36,968 bases of DNA from a virus. Its lineage: Duplodnaviria > Caudoviricetes. Position 1 is the first letter of the stretch. Every line of letters starts with the position of its first letter. The notes under the pieces were generated by a model, which saw only the letters and a list, made by a program, of their open reading frames with translations, searched no databases and had not been told where the DNA came from. This document shows, one piece after another, positions 27,984 to 36,187 of the stretch. The stretch lies in the IMG/VR virus record IMGVR_UViG_3300007734_000644, positions 1 through 36,968 of that record; one strand, written 5' to 3'. A program made the translations under genes and the position numbers.

Positions 27984-28265
27984 ATGCGACGAGCCGCCCG
28001 AACCGATACCAACCACACAGAAATGGTCGAAGCCTTCCGATCCCTTGGTTGCTCCGTCCTTTCCCTCGCCCCCCTCGGACAAGGCGTTCCAGATCTCCTA
28101 GTTGCCATCAAAGGCGTAACCTGGCTGGTCGAAGTCAAAATGCCAAAAGGCAAGGAAACCGCAGACCAGATCGAATTCGCCGCTACTTGGAAGGGTTGTC
28201 GCTCAATTGTCCGGGATTTGGCTGGAGTTGAATCCACCGTGAAAACCATGAAATTCCTCGCTTGA
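27984..28265 (+). CDS. VRR-NUC / PD-(D/E)xK nuclease (resolvase-like)
   Basis: GVPDLLV, LVEVK..KGK.T.DQ motifs. Confidence 0.85.
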   Translation: MRRAARTDTNHTEMVEAFRSLGCSVLSLAPLGQGVPDLLVAIKGVTWLVEVKMPKGKETADQIEFAATWKGCRSIVRDLAGVESTVKTMKFLA

Positions 28266-28290
28266 CATCTATTTTTTGAGGGAATACCCT
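28262..28290 (+). promoter_or_regulatory. Candidate late promoter
   Basis: TTGACA-N17-TACCCT; the -10 box lies in a TGAGGG/CCCTCA inverted repeat. Confidence 0.6.
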
Positions 28291-28296
28291 CACAAA

Positions 28297-28428
28297 ATGA
28301 CCGCAACCCTTATTTGCGCGACTCCCCTCGCGCCTGCCCACCGCGCTGGAGACCTCCCCCCCCAGACGCGTTGTGTCCGGGGACTGCTGCCCGTGGGCGC
28401 AGCATTAGTCCTCGGATTCTTTGTATGA
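28297..28428 (+). other. Structured leader / possible leaderless 43-aa uORF
   Basis: Three hairpins; ATG 6 nt after the -10 box; TGA overlaps the next ATG. Confidence 0.45.
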
Positions 28429-28790
28429 CCAGAACGCAAAACGCAGCTACGTTTGTCGCTGTCTTGTTTCACTCGGGAACAAACGCGCATTTCATGCACC
28501 TGCAAACAAAAAGTTACAGCGAGCACGTTGCGCTCGGCGTTTACTACGACACCATAATCGACCTTGTGGATAAGTGGGCTGAAGCGTACCAAGGCCGATA
28601 TGAAGTGATTGCTGACTACCCATCGGACTATCACATTGCAAGGCGCCCACTTGCGTACATAGAACAGATAAAAGACTTTGTGGACAAGATCCGCAAGGTT
28701 CTGCCAGATGACACCGAGCTTCAGAATATCGTTGATGAAATTGCTGAATTGCTTGATTCAACCTGTTACAAGCTGAAGAACCTTAAGTAA
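28425..28790 (+). CDS. Ferritin/Dps-like four-helix protein (DUF5856-like)
   Basis: HFMHLQTKSYSEHVALG..Y...DLVDKWAEAYQG and LQNIVDEI...YKL pattern. Confidence 0.8.
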   Translation: MTRTQNAATFVAVLFHSGTNAHFMHLQTKSYSEHVALGVYYDTIIDLVDKWAEAYQGRYEVIADYPSDYHIARRPLAYIEQIKDFVDKIRKVLPDDTELQNIVDEIAELLDSTCYKLKNLK

Positions 28791-29095
28791 TGGATGACTC
28801 CGAACGCCTTGCAGAAGCCCTGAAATACTACGGGAGCAACTCGCTCAATTTTGGCGATAGGCCAGAAGAAACCGAGATCGAGAAGATCCTGCGAAACCTT
28901 CAATTTTCTGGCGGCGGGGGCGGAGGACAGGGCAGCGGCGGGATGTTTGGCGGCGGTCGATTGACCTACAACGTCCCGCTAGACAGCACCTCGTCCCTGA
29001 CTCCGTATGTGGAAGGACACCTTGGCAAGCCCAAGAGCCAGCCAATTACGGGCGGGGTGACTGGTCTGGGCGTGAACTATAGAAAGAACTTTTAG
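28790..29095 (+). CDS. Gly-rich protein with amphipathic beta-strand C-terminus
   Basis: TAATG-coupled; ends GLGVNYRKNF. Confidence 0.8.
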   Translation: MDDSERLAEALKYYGSNSLNFGDRPEETEIEKILRNLQFSGGGGGGQGSGGMFGGGRLTYNVPLDSTSSLTPYVEGHLGKPKSQPITGGVTGLGVNYRKNF

Positions 29096-29386
29096 ATGGG
29101 CGGCGGTTTCAAAAACCTAGGAAAAGCGGGGCCAGGACGGCCCAAAGGACTAGCAAACAAAACGACTGTTGCGGCCCGTGAAGCGATTGCCCGGTTCGTG
29201 GACGGCAACGCAGACCGCTTGCAAGGCTGGCTGGATGAGATCGCCAGAGAGCAAGGGCCAGCCGCAGCGTTTAAGTGTTTTTCGGACTTGCTTGAGTATC
29301 ACGTTCCGAAACTCGCCAGAACTGAATTGACCGGCGCTGACGGTGGCCCGCAAGAACTCAAGATCACATGGCAGCAAGAGAAATAA
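29096..29386 (+). CDS. terS: Terminase small subunit (putative)
   Basis: GRPKG..NKTT and TELTGADGGP motifs; overlaps terL. Confidence 0.75.
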   Translation: MGGGFKNLGKAGPGRPKGLANKTTVAAREAIARFVDGNADRLQGWLDEIAREQGPAAAFKCFSDLLEYHVPKLARTELTGADGGPQELKITWQQEK

Positions 29387-30708
29387 TCCTTCCTTATGCG
29401 CCCAGAAAAGCGTTCATGCCGTTTCACAACCGCACACACCGCTGGGCGTGTTTGGTCGCGCACAGACGCGCAGGGAAGACCGTGGCAGCAATCAACGACA
29501 TCATCCGCGCTGGTGTCATGTGCAAAGACCCGATGCCGCTGTTCGGCTTCGTTGCCCCGTTCCGCAGCCAAGCTAAATCAGTCGTTTGGGACTATCTTAA
29601 GCACTACGCGCAGCCGATCTCAGCCGACAGCAACGAGGCAGAGCTTACCGTGACGCTTATAAACGGAGCCAAGATCCGGCTGTTCGGCGCTGATAACGCT
29701 GATGCAATCCGTGGCCTCGGGTTCTCGGGCATCTACATGGACGAGTTTGGGGACTTCAAGCCTAGCGTCTGGGGCAACGTAATCCGTCCCGCGCTTTCGG
29801 ACCGTCAAGGCTGGGCGGTCTTTGGTGGGACTCCGAAGGGCAAGAACCAGTTCTGGGACATTCGCAAGACCGCCGAGAAACTCAAGGACGAATGGTTCCT
29901 GCTTGAGCTTCCTGCCAGCAAGTCGGGACTGCTGCCTGTTGGTGAGCTTGCCGCAGCCAAGGCGCAGCTTTCCAAGGACCAGTACGATCAAGAATACGAA
30001 TGCAGCTTTGAGGCCGCAATCCTCGGCGCGTTCTACGGTACAGAGATGCGCGAGGCCGCAGAAGAAGGCCGCATCACCCGCGTGGACTACCAGCCTGAAG
30101 TGCTTGTGCATACCGCCTGGGATCTGGGATACAGGGACGATACCGCGATTTGGTTCTATCAAGTAATCCGGGGAGAAATCCACGTTATTGATTATTACGC
30201 TGTCAGCGGGGCGAATATCAACGAACTCGCCGCAGTCATCAAAGCGAAGCCCTACAGGTACGGCAAGCATTACCTCCCGCACGATGCCAGAGCCAAGACC
30301 CTAGCCTCGGGCGGCAAGTCGATCATCGAGCAGATGGCTGAACACTTGGGCATCAACAACCTCGCCATTGTCCCGGATCTGAGCGTTCAGGACGGCATCC
30401 AAGCCGTGCGCCAGATGTTGCCGATGACATGGTTCGACGCTGAGCGATGCGATGAGGGCATGGAAGCCCTGCGCCAGTATCAACGCGAGTACGACGAAGA
30501 CAAGAAAGCGTTCAGGCAGACCCCTAGACACGATTGGACGAGCCATCCCGCAGATGCGCTGCGGATGCTCTCAATCGTCTGGCGCAAAGAGCCTGCAACG
30601 AAAGCACCCGACAGGATCAAGCCCCTAATCGTCGGCCCTGAAAACGAAGTGACCCTGAACGATATGTGGGCGACCCACCAGCAATCTAATCAAAGGAAGC
30701 GACTATGA
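29368..30708 (+). CDS. terL: Terminase large subunit
   Basis: HRRAGKT, YMDE, GTPKG, AWDLG, PHDA and HPADALR motifs. Confidence 0.96.
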   Translation: MAAREIILPYAPRKAFMPFHNRTHRWACLVAHRRAGKTVAAINDIIRAGVMCKDPMPLFGFVAPFRSQAKSVVWDYLKHYAQPISADSNEAELTVTLINGAKIRLFGADNADAIRGLGFSGIYMDEFGDFKPSVWGNVIRPALSDRQGWAVFGGTPKGKNQFWDIRKTAEKLKDEWFLLELPASKSGLLPVGELAAAKAQLSKDQYDQEYECSFEAAILGAFYGTEMREAAEEGRITRVDYQPEVLVHTAWDLGYRDDTAIWFYQVIRGEIHVIDYYAVSGANINELAAVIKAKPYRYGKHYLPHDARAKTLASGGKSIIEQMAEHLGINNLAIVPDLSVQDGIQAVRQMLPMTWFDAERCDEGMEALRQYQREYDEDKKAFRQTPRHDWTSHPADALRMLSIVWRKEPATKAPDRIKPLIVGPENEVTLNDMWATHQQSNQRKRL

Positions 30709-31028
30709 GCGGCGTTTCGTATCCGTACCGATATCAATATGAGCACGTTGCAGCCTCGCAGACCGCGCAAGTGCTCGGCACAACGGGCGCAAAGGGCGAT
30801 TACATCCACAGGCTGATCTGCACGGTCACCACAGCCGCCACGGGCAACGTTGTTCTCGTTGACGGCTCAGGCACGGGCATCCTGACGCATACCGTTTGCC
30901 CCGCAAGCCCCGGCAGCGGAATCGGCGTGTACAACGTCGAAGTCAATGCTGTATCGGCTGACGGCGCGTGGAAAGTGACCACGGGCGCGGGTGTCGAGGT
31001 GATGGCGGTCGGGATCTTCAGCGTGTGA
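30705..31028 (+). CDS. Small beta-sandwich protein, possibly virion
   Basis: ATGA overlap; T/G/V-rich. Confidence 0.7.
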   Translation: MSGVSYPYRYQYEHVAASQTAQVLGTTGAKGDYIHRLICTVTTAATGNVVLVDGSGTGILTHTVCPASPGSGIGVYNVEVNAVSADGAWKVTTGAGVEVMAVGIFSV

Positions 31029-31621
31029 TTGCCTGCGTCCTAAAGTCTGGTGGCGACTACGAGCCGAAGCACGTTTACGCGCTCCAGGCTCAATGTGCCA
31101 AGTTCCTACCCGGCGAGGATTTCGTCTGCCTCACCGACATGGATTTGGATTGCGCGACGATCCCGCTGGTCAACGATTGGGCTGGCTGGTGGTCGAAAGT
31201 CGAGCTATTTCGCTTGCCCAGCGCCCTGTACATGGATCTGGACACGATTCTGGTGGGTGACTGCCTTGAGATCCTAGACGCAGCCAAGGGCCACGATTTC
31301 GTCATCCTGCGCGATTTCTATCGGGGCAAGACGAACCCGAACGCGATGCAAAGCAGCCTCATGTACTGGTCGAAGCCGCACACAGAGCTTTACGACCAGT
31401 TCCTCGACGGGGATCGCTACTGTGACGGCGGCGATCAGATATACATCGAATGGGCGCTGCGGGATAAGAAAGTGACCTATTGGCAAGACATCACCAAAGG
31501 CATCGTGTCCTTCAAGGCTGATGTGCTGACTGTCGGCCTAAAGCCCAACGACAAGATCGTGGCGTTTCACGGTAAACCGCGCCCGTGGGAACAGAATCGG
31601 GTGGCCTATGCAATATCGTAG
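31025..31621 (+). CDS. Glycosyltransferase (GT-A, GT8-like)
   Basis: GTGA overlap; WWSKVELF, LYMDLD (DxD), GDQ and FHGKPRPW motifs. Confidence 0.85.
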   Translation: MIACVLKSGGDYEPKHVYALQAQCAKFLPGEDFVCLTDMDLDCATIPLVNDWAGWWSKVELFRLPSALYMDLDTILVGDCLEILDAAKGHDFVILRDFYRGKTNPNAMQSSLMYWSKPHTELYDQFLDGDRYCDGGDQIYIEWALRDKKVTYWQDITKGIVSFKADVLTVGLKPNDKIVAFHGKPRPWEQNRVAYAIS

Positions 31622-32216
31622 CGGCTGGGCTGTCCCAGAAAAAGACAGGCATTGCTTTTTCGCTGTGCTCGCAGAAGCACCAGACCTTGGTTCGTCGTTG
31701 GATCTGTGCAAAGGCTTCAGGACTGCTATTCAAGCTGGCGGCAACATCGGCATTTACCCCGCAGCATTGGCTCAACGATTTGCGCTCGTCTTCACGGTCG
31801 AGCCTGACGCGGCTAACTTTGCTGCATTGCAGATAAACACATCGAATCAATTAAAGGTCATTGCTCGGCGGGCTGCGTTCGGAAAAGAACCCGGACGGGC
31901 AGCGATTGACCAGATCCAGCCCGACAACATCGGAGCGCACCAGATCCAGCAAGGCGACGAGTTTGAGGTCATCACGATTGACAGCTTGGGCGTGACGGAT
32001 TGCGATCTGCTGCAACTTGATGTTGAAGGCTCAGAACACGAAGCGTTGCTCGGAGCGATTGCGACAATAGAGGCAAGCTGGCCCGTGATTACGCTTGAGC
32101 TTAAAAGCCTTGGTGAGCGATACGGGTATACAGACGCTGACACGATCAACCTACTGGCTGGCATGGGCTACAAGATCGCCGACCGGGTCAACCGGGATGT
32201 GATATTCACAAAATGA
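31608..32216 (+). CDS. FkbM-family SAM methyltransferase
   Basis: AIQAGGNIG, VEPD and LLQLDVEGSE motifs. Confidence 0.88.
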   Translation: MQYRSGWAVPEKDRHCFFAVLAEAPDLGSSLDLCKGFRTAIQAGGNIGIYPAALAQRFALVFTVEPDAANFAALQINTSNQLKVIARRAAFGKEPGRAAIDQIQPDNIGAHQIQQGDEFEVITIDSLGVTDCDLLQLDVEGSEHEALLGAIATIEASWPVITLELKSLGERYGYTDADTINLLAGMGYKIADRVNRDVIFTK

Positions 32217-32503
32217 GCGCAGCCTGGACACGAAAAGAAGGCAAGAACCCTGCGGGCGGTCTGAACGCCAAGGGCCGAGCGTCTTACAAAGCCGAGACCG
32301 GCGGTACGCTCAAAGCGCCTGTAAAGGCTGGCGATAACCCGCGCCGAGCTTCGTTTCTGGCAAGGATGGGCAATATGCCGGGGCCGATGCAGAAGCCGAA
32401 TGGCGATCCGACTCGTCTAGCGTTGGCGCTCAGAGCATGGGGCGCGTCAAGCAAAGAGGACGCAAAAAGCAAAGCCGCAGCCATCTCTAGCAGGAATAAA
32501 TAA
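32213..32503 (+). CDS. Small basic phage protein (DUF6321-like)
   Basis: AWTRKEGKNPAGGLNAKGRASY...RRASFLARM pattern. Confidence 0.75.
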   Translation: MSAAWTRKEGKNPAGGLNAKGRASYKAETGGTLKAPVKAGDNPRRASFLARMGNMPGPMQKPNGDPTRLALALRAWGASSKEDAKSKAAAISSRNK

Positions 32504-33198
32504 TGGCTGATGCTGACCGCCTCGTTGCAGCGTTGCGTTACCAGCAAGAACTGGAGGACGCAAGCCGTCCTGCGACCGTTAATCCGTTGATGGCGCGAAA
32601 GGCTGAAGCAATCAAACAAAACGCACCAGCAGAAAATATGCTGACGCAATACGCCGAAACAATGCCGCAAAACTGGCAACAGTTCGGGCAGAACATGGCG
32701 CAGTCGTATCCGACCCCGGCAACTGGCGCAAATCGGGATCAGATCATGGGTGCTGTTACGCAAGCGGCGGTGAACGCTGGCCCGCTGATGATTGGGTATC
32801 ACGGCACAAATCTCCCGGACATAGAAACCTTTGATCGTTTAATTGGCCCTGCTCGTCGTCAAGGCATGAAAAGCCTTAACGAAATTGGGCATTGGTTTTC
32901 CGCAACCCCTGAAACCGCTAAAAAGTTTGGCCCGAATGTATTAAAGAGAGATTTACAGTTAGAGAACCCAATGCCCGTTACTAACATGGAAGAACTCCGA
33001 ACTCTTTGGCAGGAATCGCAGGGACGAGAAAAAACAAAAGCATACAAAGATGCGTGGTCTGGAAAGGGCGACCCAGAGAAGTTTCGCGCAGAACTTGCAA
33101 GGCAGGGGTATGACGGGGTGCATATCAAGGGCGGTGAGTTTGGTGATGACTACTATGTAGCCATCAACCCAGAGCAAATAAAAAAGATTTTGGAGTAA
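32503..33198 (+). CDS. Protein with C-terminal ADP-ribosyltransferase-like (polyvalent-protein ART) domain
   Basis: YHGT...FD, GHWFS...A..FG, L.LENP, GYDGV and YVAINPEQIK motifs. Confidence 0.65.
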   Translation: MADADRLVAALRYQQELEDASRPATVNPLMARKAEAIKQNAPAENMLTQYAETMPQNWQQFGQNMAQSYPTPATGANRDQIMGAVTQAAVNAGPLMIGYHGTNLPDIETFDRLIGPARRQGMKSLNEIGHWFSATPETAKKFGPNVLKRDLQLENPMPVTNMEELRTLWQESQGREKTKAYKDAWSGKGDPEKFRAELARQGYDGVHIKGGEFGDDYYVAINPEQIKKILE

Positions 33199-33204
33199 AT
33201 GTAA

Positions 33205-35502
33205 ATGGAACCAACCAGCACAGGCGTACAGAAATGGCTCAATGTCGTATCGACATACGATAACGAGTTCAAGAAGTGGGAAGCGCGAACGACTAAGATC
33301 GTGAAGCGTTACCGCGACGATAACCGTAGCCAGCACACGAACGAAACCGCCAAGTTCAACATCCTCTGGTCGAACGTCCAGACGTTGATTCCTGCTGTGT
33401 ACGCAAAGCTGCCGAAAGCGGTAGCCCAGCGTCGATTTGGGGACAATGACCAAGTGGGCCGCGTGGCTGGTCAGCTTCTTGAACGCGCTCTGGACTTTGA
33501 GATTGAGCATTATCCCGACTTTCGCGCAACGATGAAACACGCGGTCGAGGACAGGTTCCTCGGTGGGCGCGGCGTGGCATGGGTGCGTTATGAGCCGCAC
33601 GTTCGACAGCAGGACGTCCCTGAAGACGGTCTGCAAGTCACAGAGGACGTTGACGAGAGTGAAGGCCAGGACTACACCGCAGGAGAAGAGCCGCAAGAGG
33701 AAATAGAGTACGAATGCGCCCCGACTGATTACGTTCATTGGAAGGACTTCGGTCATTCAACAGCCCGCACATGGGAGGAGGTCACCTGTGTCTGGCGCTG
33801 GGTGTACATGAGCCGGGAAGCCCTTATTGAGCGGTTCGGAGAAAAGGCGGGAAAGAAGATCGCGCTCGACTCTGGCCCCGAAACGCTGACTAATTACGGG
33901 CAATCGACCAAAGAACGCACCCGAGCGAAAATATGTGAGCTTTGGTGCAAGGATAGCGGCAAGGTCTACTGGTTCAGCAAGAACAACCCCGAAATGATCG
34001 ACGAGCGGGACGATCCTCTAGAACTGGAGGGATTCTTTCCCTGCTGCGAACCGTTGTACGCCACAACGACCTCAGACACGCTTGTGCCGGTTCCTGATTT
34101 CATCCTGTATCAAGACCAAGCGAACGAGCTAGATATCCTCTCAGATCGCATTGACGGGCTTGTGAAGGCTCTACGGGTTCGGGGTGTCTATGACGCAAGC
34201 CAGCCCAGCCTCCAGCGACTGCTGACTGAGGGTGAAAACAACGCGCTGATTCCGGTCGATAAGTGGATGGCGTTTTCAGAGAAGGGCGGATTGAAAGGCA
34301 GCATCGACCTCTTGCCGTTGGATGTTCTGTCAAACGCGTTGCTCCAATGCTATCAAGCGCGGGAAAACATTAAGGCGCAAATCTACGAAATTACCGGCAT
34401 CAGCGATATTATCCGGGGCGCGTCCCATGCGTCTGAGACAGCGACCGCACAGCAAATCAAGGGCCAATATGCCGGATTGCGGCTGCGTTCGATGCAAGAA
34501 GAAGTCGCCCTGTTCGCTAGTGGTTTGATCCGTTTGAAAGCGCAGATTATTTGCACAAAGTTTCAGCCTAAGACGATCCTTGAATACGCCGCTGCTGAGC
34601 AGATGAGCGAAGAAGACCAAGCCCTCGTCCCGCAAGCACTCATGCTGCTGCAAGAAAGCCCGTTGCGAAACTTCAGGATCGAGGTGGATTCGGACAGCCT
34701 GGTGCAACTTGACGAGCAACAGAACAAGAAGGATCGCGTTGAATTCCTGACCGCGTTCGGCGGTTTCATGCGCGAAGCGTTGCCCGTGGGCCAGCAATCG
34801 CCCGAGTTGGTTCCGATGTTGGTCGAACTGATGAAGTTCGGGGTCGGCGCATTTAAGCAAGCCGCGCCAATCGAAGGCGCAATAGATCAAGCTCTGGAGA
34901 AGATGAAGCAAGCGCAAAAGCAAGCGGCGATGAACCCGAAACCCGCGCCGCAAGACCCAGAGATGATAAAGATCCAAGCCGCGCAGCAGCTTGAGCAAGC
35001 AAAAATGCAAGCCTCGGCCCAAGGCGAGCAGATGCGAATGCAAGCAGACTCGCAAGCCGCTCAAATAAAGGCCCAGATCGACACCCAAATGCACCAAGCG
35101 AAGATACAAGCAGATATGCAACTCGCGCAGATGCAAGCGCAGATCGAAGAACAGAAGATGCAGCACGAAATGGAGATGAAAGCGCAGCAAGCCGCGCAAG
35201 AGGACGAGTTCAATCGCTGGAAGGCTGAACTTGAGGCAGCAACCAAGGTCACGGTGGCGAGGATCGGCGCGAACCCTGGCGGCGACCCCCCTCTGGTGGA
35301 CGCAATCACAGCCAGCGCCGCTCGTATGGCTCAAGAACTAGGCACGGGACTCTCGCAAGTGAGCGCGATGCAGGAAGCGCTCGCACAGACGCAGAACGAC
35401 TCAAATGACAGGATGGGAAACATTATGACGGCTCTAACTGCAAAGAAACGAATCATTCGCGGCCCGGACGGTAGAGCAATCGGGGTCGAAGTCGTCCAAT
35501 AA
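33205..35502 (+). CDS. Portal protein with long Gln-rich coiled-coil C-terminus
   Basis: 765 aa downstream of terL; ITGISDIIRG...ETATAQQIK motif of P22-like portals. Confidence 0.9.
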   Translation: MEPTSTGVQKWLNVVSTYDNEFKKWEARTTKIVKRYRDDNRSQHTNETAKFNILWSNVQTLIPAVYAKLPKAVAQRRFGDNDQVGRVAGQLLERALDFEIEHYPDFRATMKHAVEDRFLGGRGVAWVRYEPHVRQQDVPEDGLQVTEDVDESEGQDYTAGEEPQEEIEYECAPTDYVHWKDFGHSTARTWEEVTCVWRWVYMSREALIERFGEKAGKKIALDSGPETLTNYGQSTKERTRAKICELWCKDSGKVYWFSKNNPEMIDERDDPLELEGFFPCCEPLYATTTSDTLVPVPDFILYQDQANELDILSDRIDGLVKALRVRGVYDASQPSLQRLLTEGENNALIPVDKWMAFSEKGGLKGSIDLLPLDVLSNALLQCYQARENIKAQIYEITGISDIIRGASHASETATAQQIKGQYAGLRLRSMQEEVALFASGLIRLKAQIICTKFQPKTILEYAAAEQMSEEDQALVPQALMLLQESPLRNFRIEVDSDSLVQLDEQQNKKDRVEFLTAFGGFMREALPVGQQSPELVPMLVELMKFGVGAFKQAAPIEGAIDQALEKMKQAQKQAAMNPKPAPQDPEMIKIQAAQQLEQAKMQASAQGEQMRMQADSQAAQIKAQIDTQMHQAKIQADMQLAQMQAQIEEQKMQHEMEMKAQQAAQEDEFNRWKAELEAATKVTVARIGANPGGDPPLVDAITASAARMAQELGTGLSQVSAMQEALAQTQNDSNDRMGNIMTALTAKKRIIRGPDGRAIGVEVVQ

Positions 35503-35846
35503 TGAATGGCGAATGGGATGTCGGCACATGGGACAGCGCAACGTGGGACTACGTCACCCCGATTGTTGTGCTGGATACGCATGATGGCGATTACCTTCAA
35601 AAGAAGTTTGCAAAAGAAATACAAGACAAAAAGCGGCGAAAAGACGAGATTATTTATGCGTTTGAGCGAATTGTTGAGGGCAGACCAGACGTTGCGACAG
35701 AGATTGCAGCGCCGTATACAGAGAAACGCGCATCGACTTTGCTTGCGATTGATTACGACAAGATGCTCGACGACTTGGACCGGGTCGAGCGGATCTGGAA
35801 CCTACACATCGAACTGGACGACGAAGAAGTGATGATGCTCTTATGA
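35502..35846 (+). CDS. Allele of 1424..1768
   Basis: Two amino-acid differences. Confidence 0.85.
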   Translation: MNGEWDVGTWDSATWDYVTPIVVLDTHDGDYLQKKFAKEIQDKKRRKDEIIYAFERIVEGRPDVATEIAAPYTEKRASTLLAIDYDKMLDDLDRVERIWNLHIELDDEEVMMLL

Positions 35847-36169
35847 GATACGTTTCAATTAACGGTGAGTGGGTCCCGATAGATCAAGTCGAGCGAACCC
35901 CGGCTGAAGGCGTGATGATCCAGCCAGATATCCAGCCCTATCAGTCGATGGCTGACGGCTCAATGATTACGAGCCGCTCCCAGCACCGGGAGCACCTGAA
36001 AAGGCACAACTGTTTTGAAGTCGGCAACGAAAGCATGGAATCCAAGCCCGTGATCGTAAAAGACACCCGGCGCGAGGTTTTGCAGTCTCAGCTTGCCAAT
36101 ATGACCCATTCCCAAGCCAACAAGGTGTTGTCCAGGCTCAGGGATAATATTCGTTTCACCCGCAAATGA
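35843..36169 (+). CDS. Allele of 1765..2085
   Basis: 2-aa insertion (VE) and a few substitutions. Confidence 0.85.
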   Translation: MRYVSINGEWVPIDQVERTPAEGVMIQPDIQPYQSMADGSMITSRSQHREHLKRHNCFEVGNESMESKPVIVKDTRREVLQSQLANMTHSQANKVLSRLRDNIRFTRK

Positions 36170-36187
36170 CCCCCACAGGGAGCAAAA

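Noticed and set aside
28297-28420. tRNA or second intron in the structured leader
   Set aside because: No cloverleaf or TTCGA arm, and no P7-like R/S elements or split flanking gene.
28314-28424. N-terminal extension of the ferritin-like ORF from the TTG at 28314
   Set aside because: Pro/Arg-rich translation of a hairpin region with no SD; the recognisable domain starts at ATG 28425.
34330-35334. Long antisense ORFs (also 546..1121, 10477..11205, 32959..33756, 23524..24321)
   Set aside because: Shadows of Gln/Ala-rich or codon-biased genes on the opposite strand; no motifs or ribosome-binding sites.
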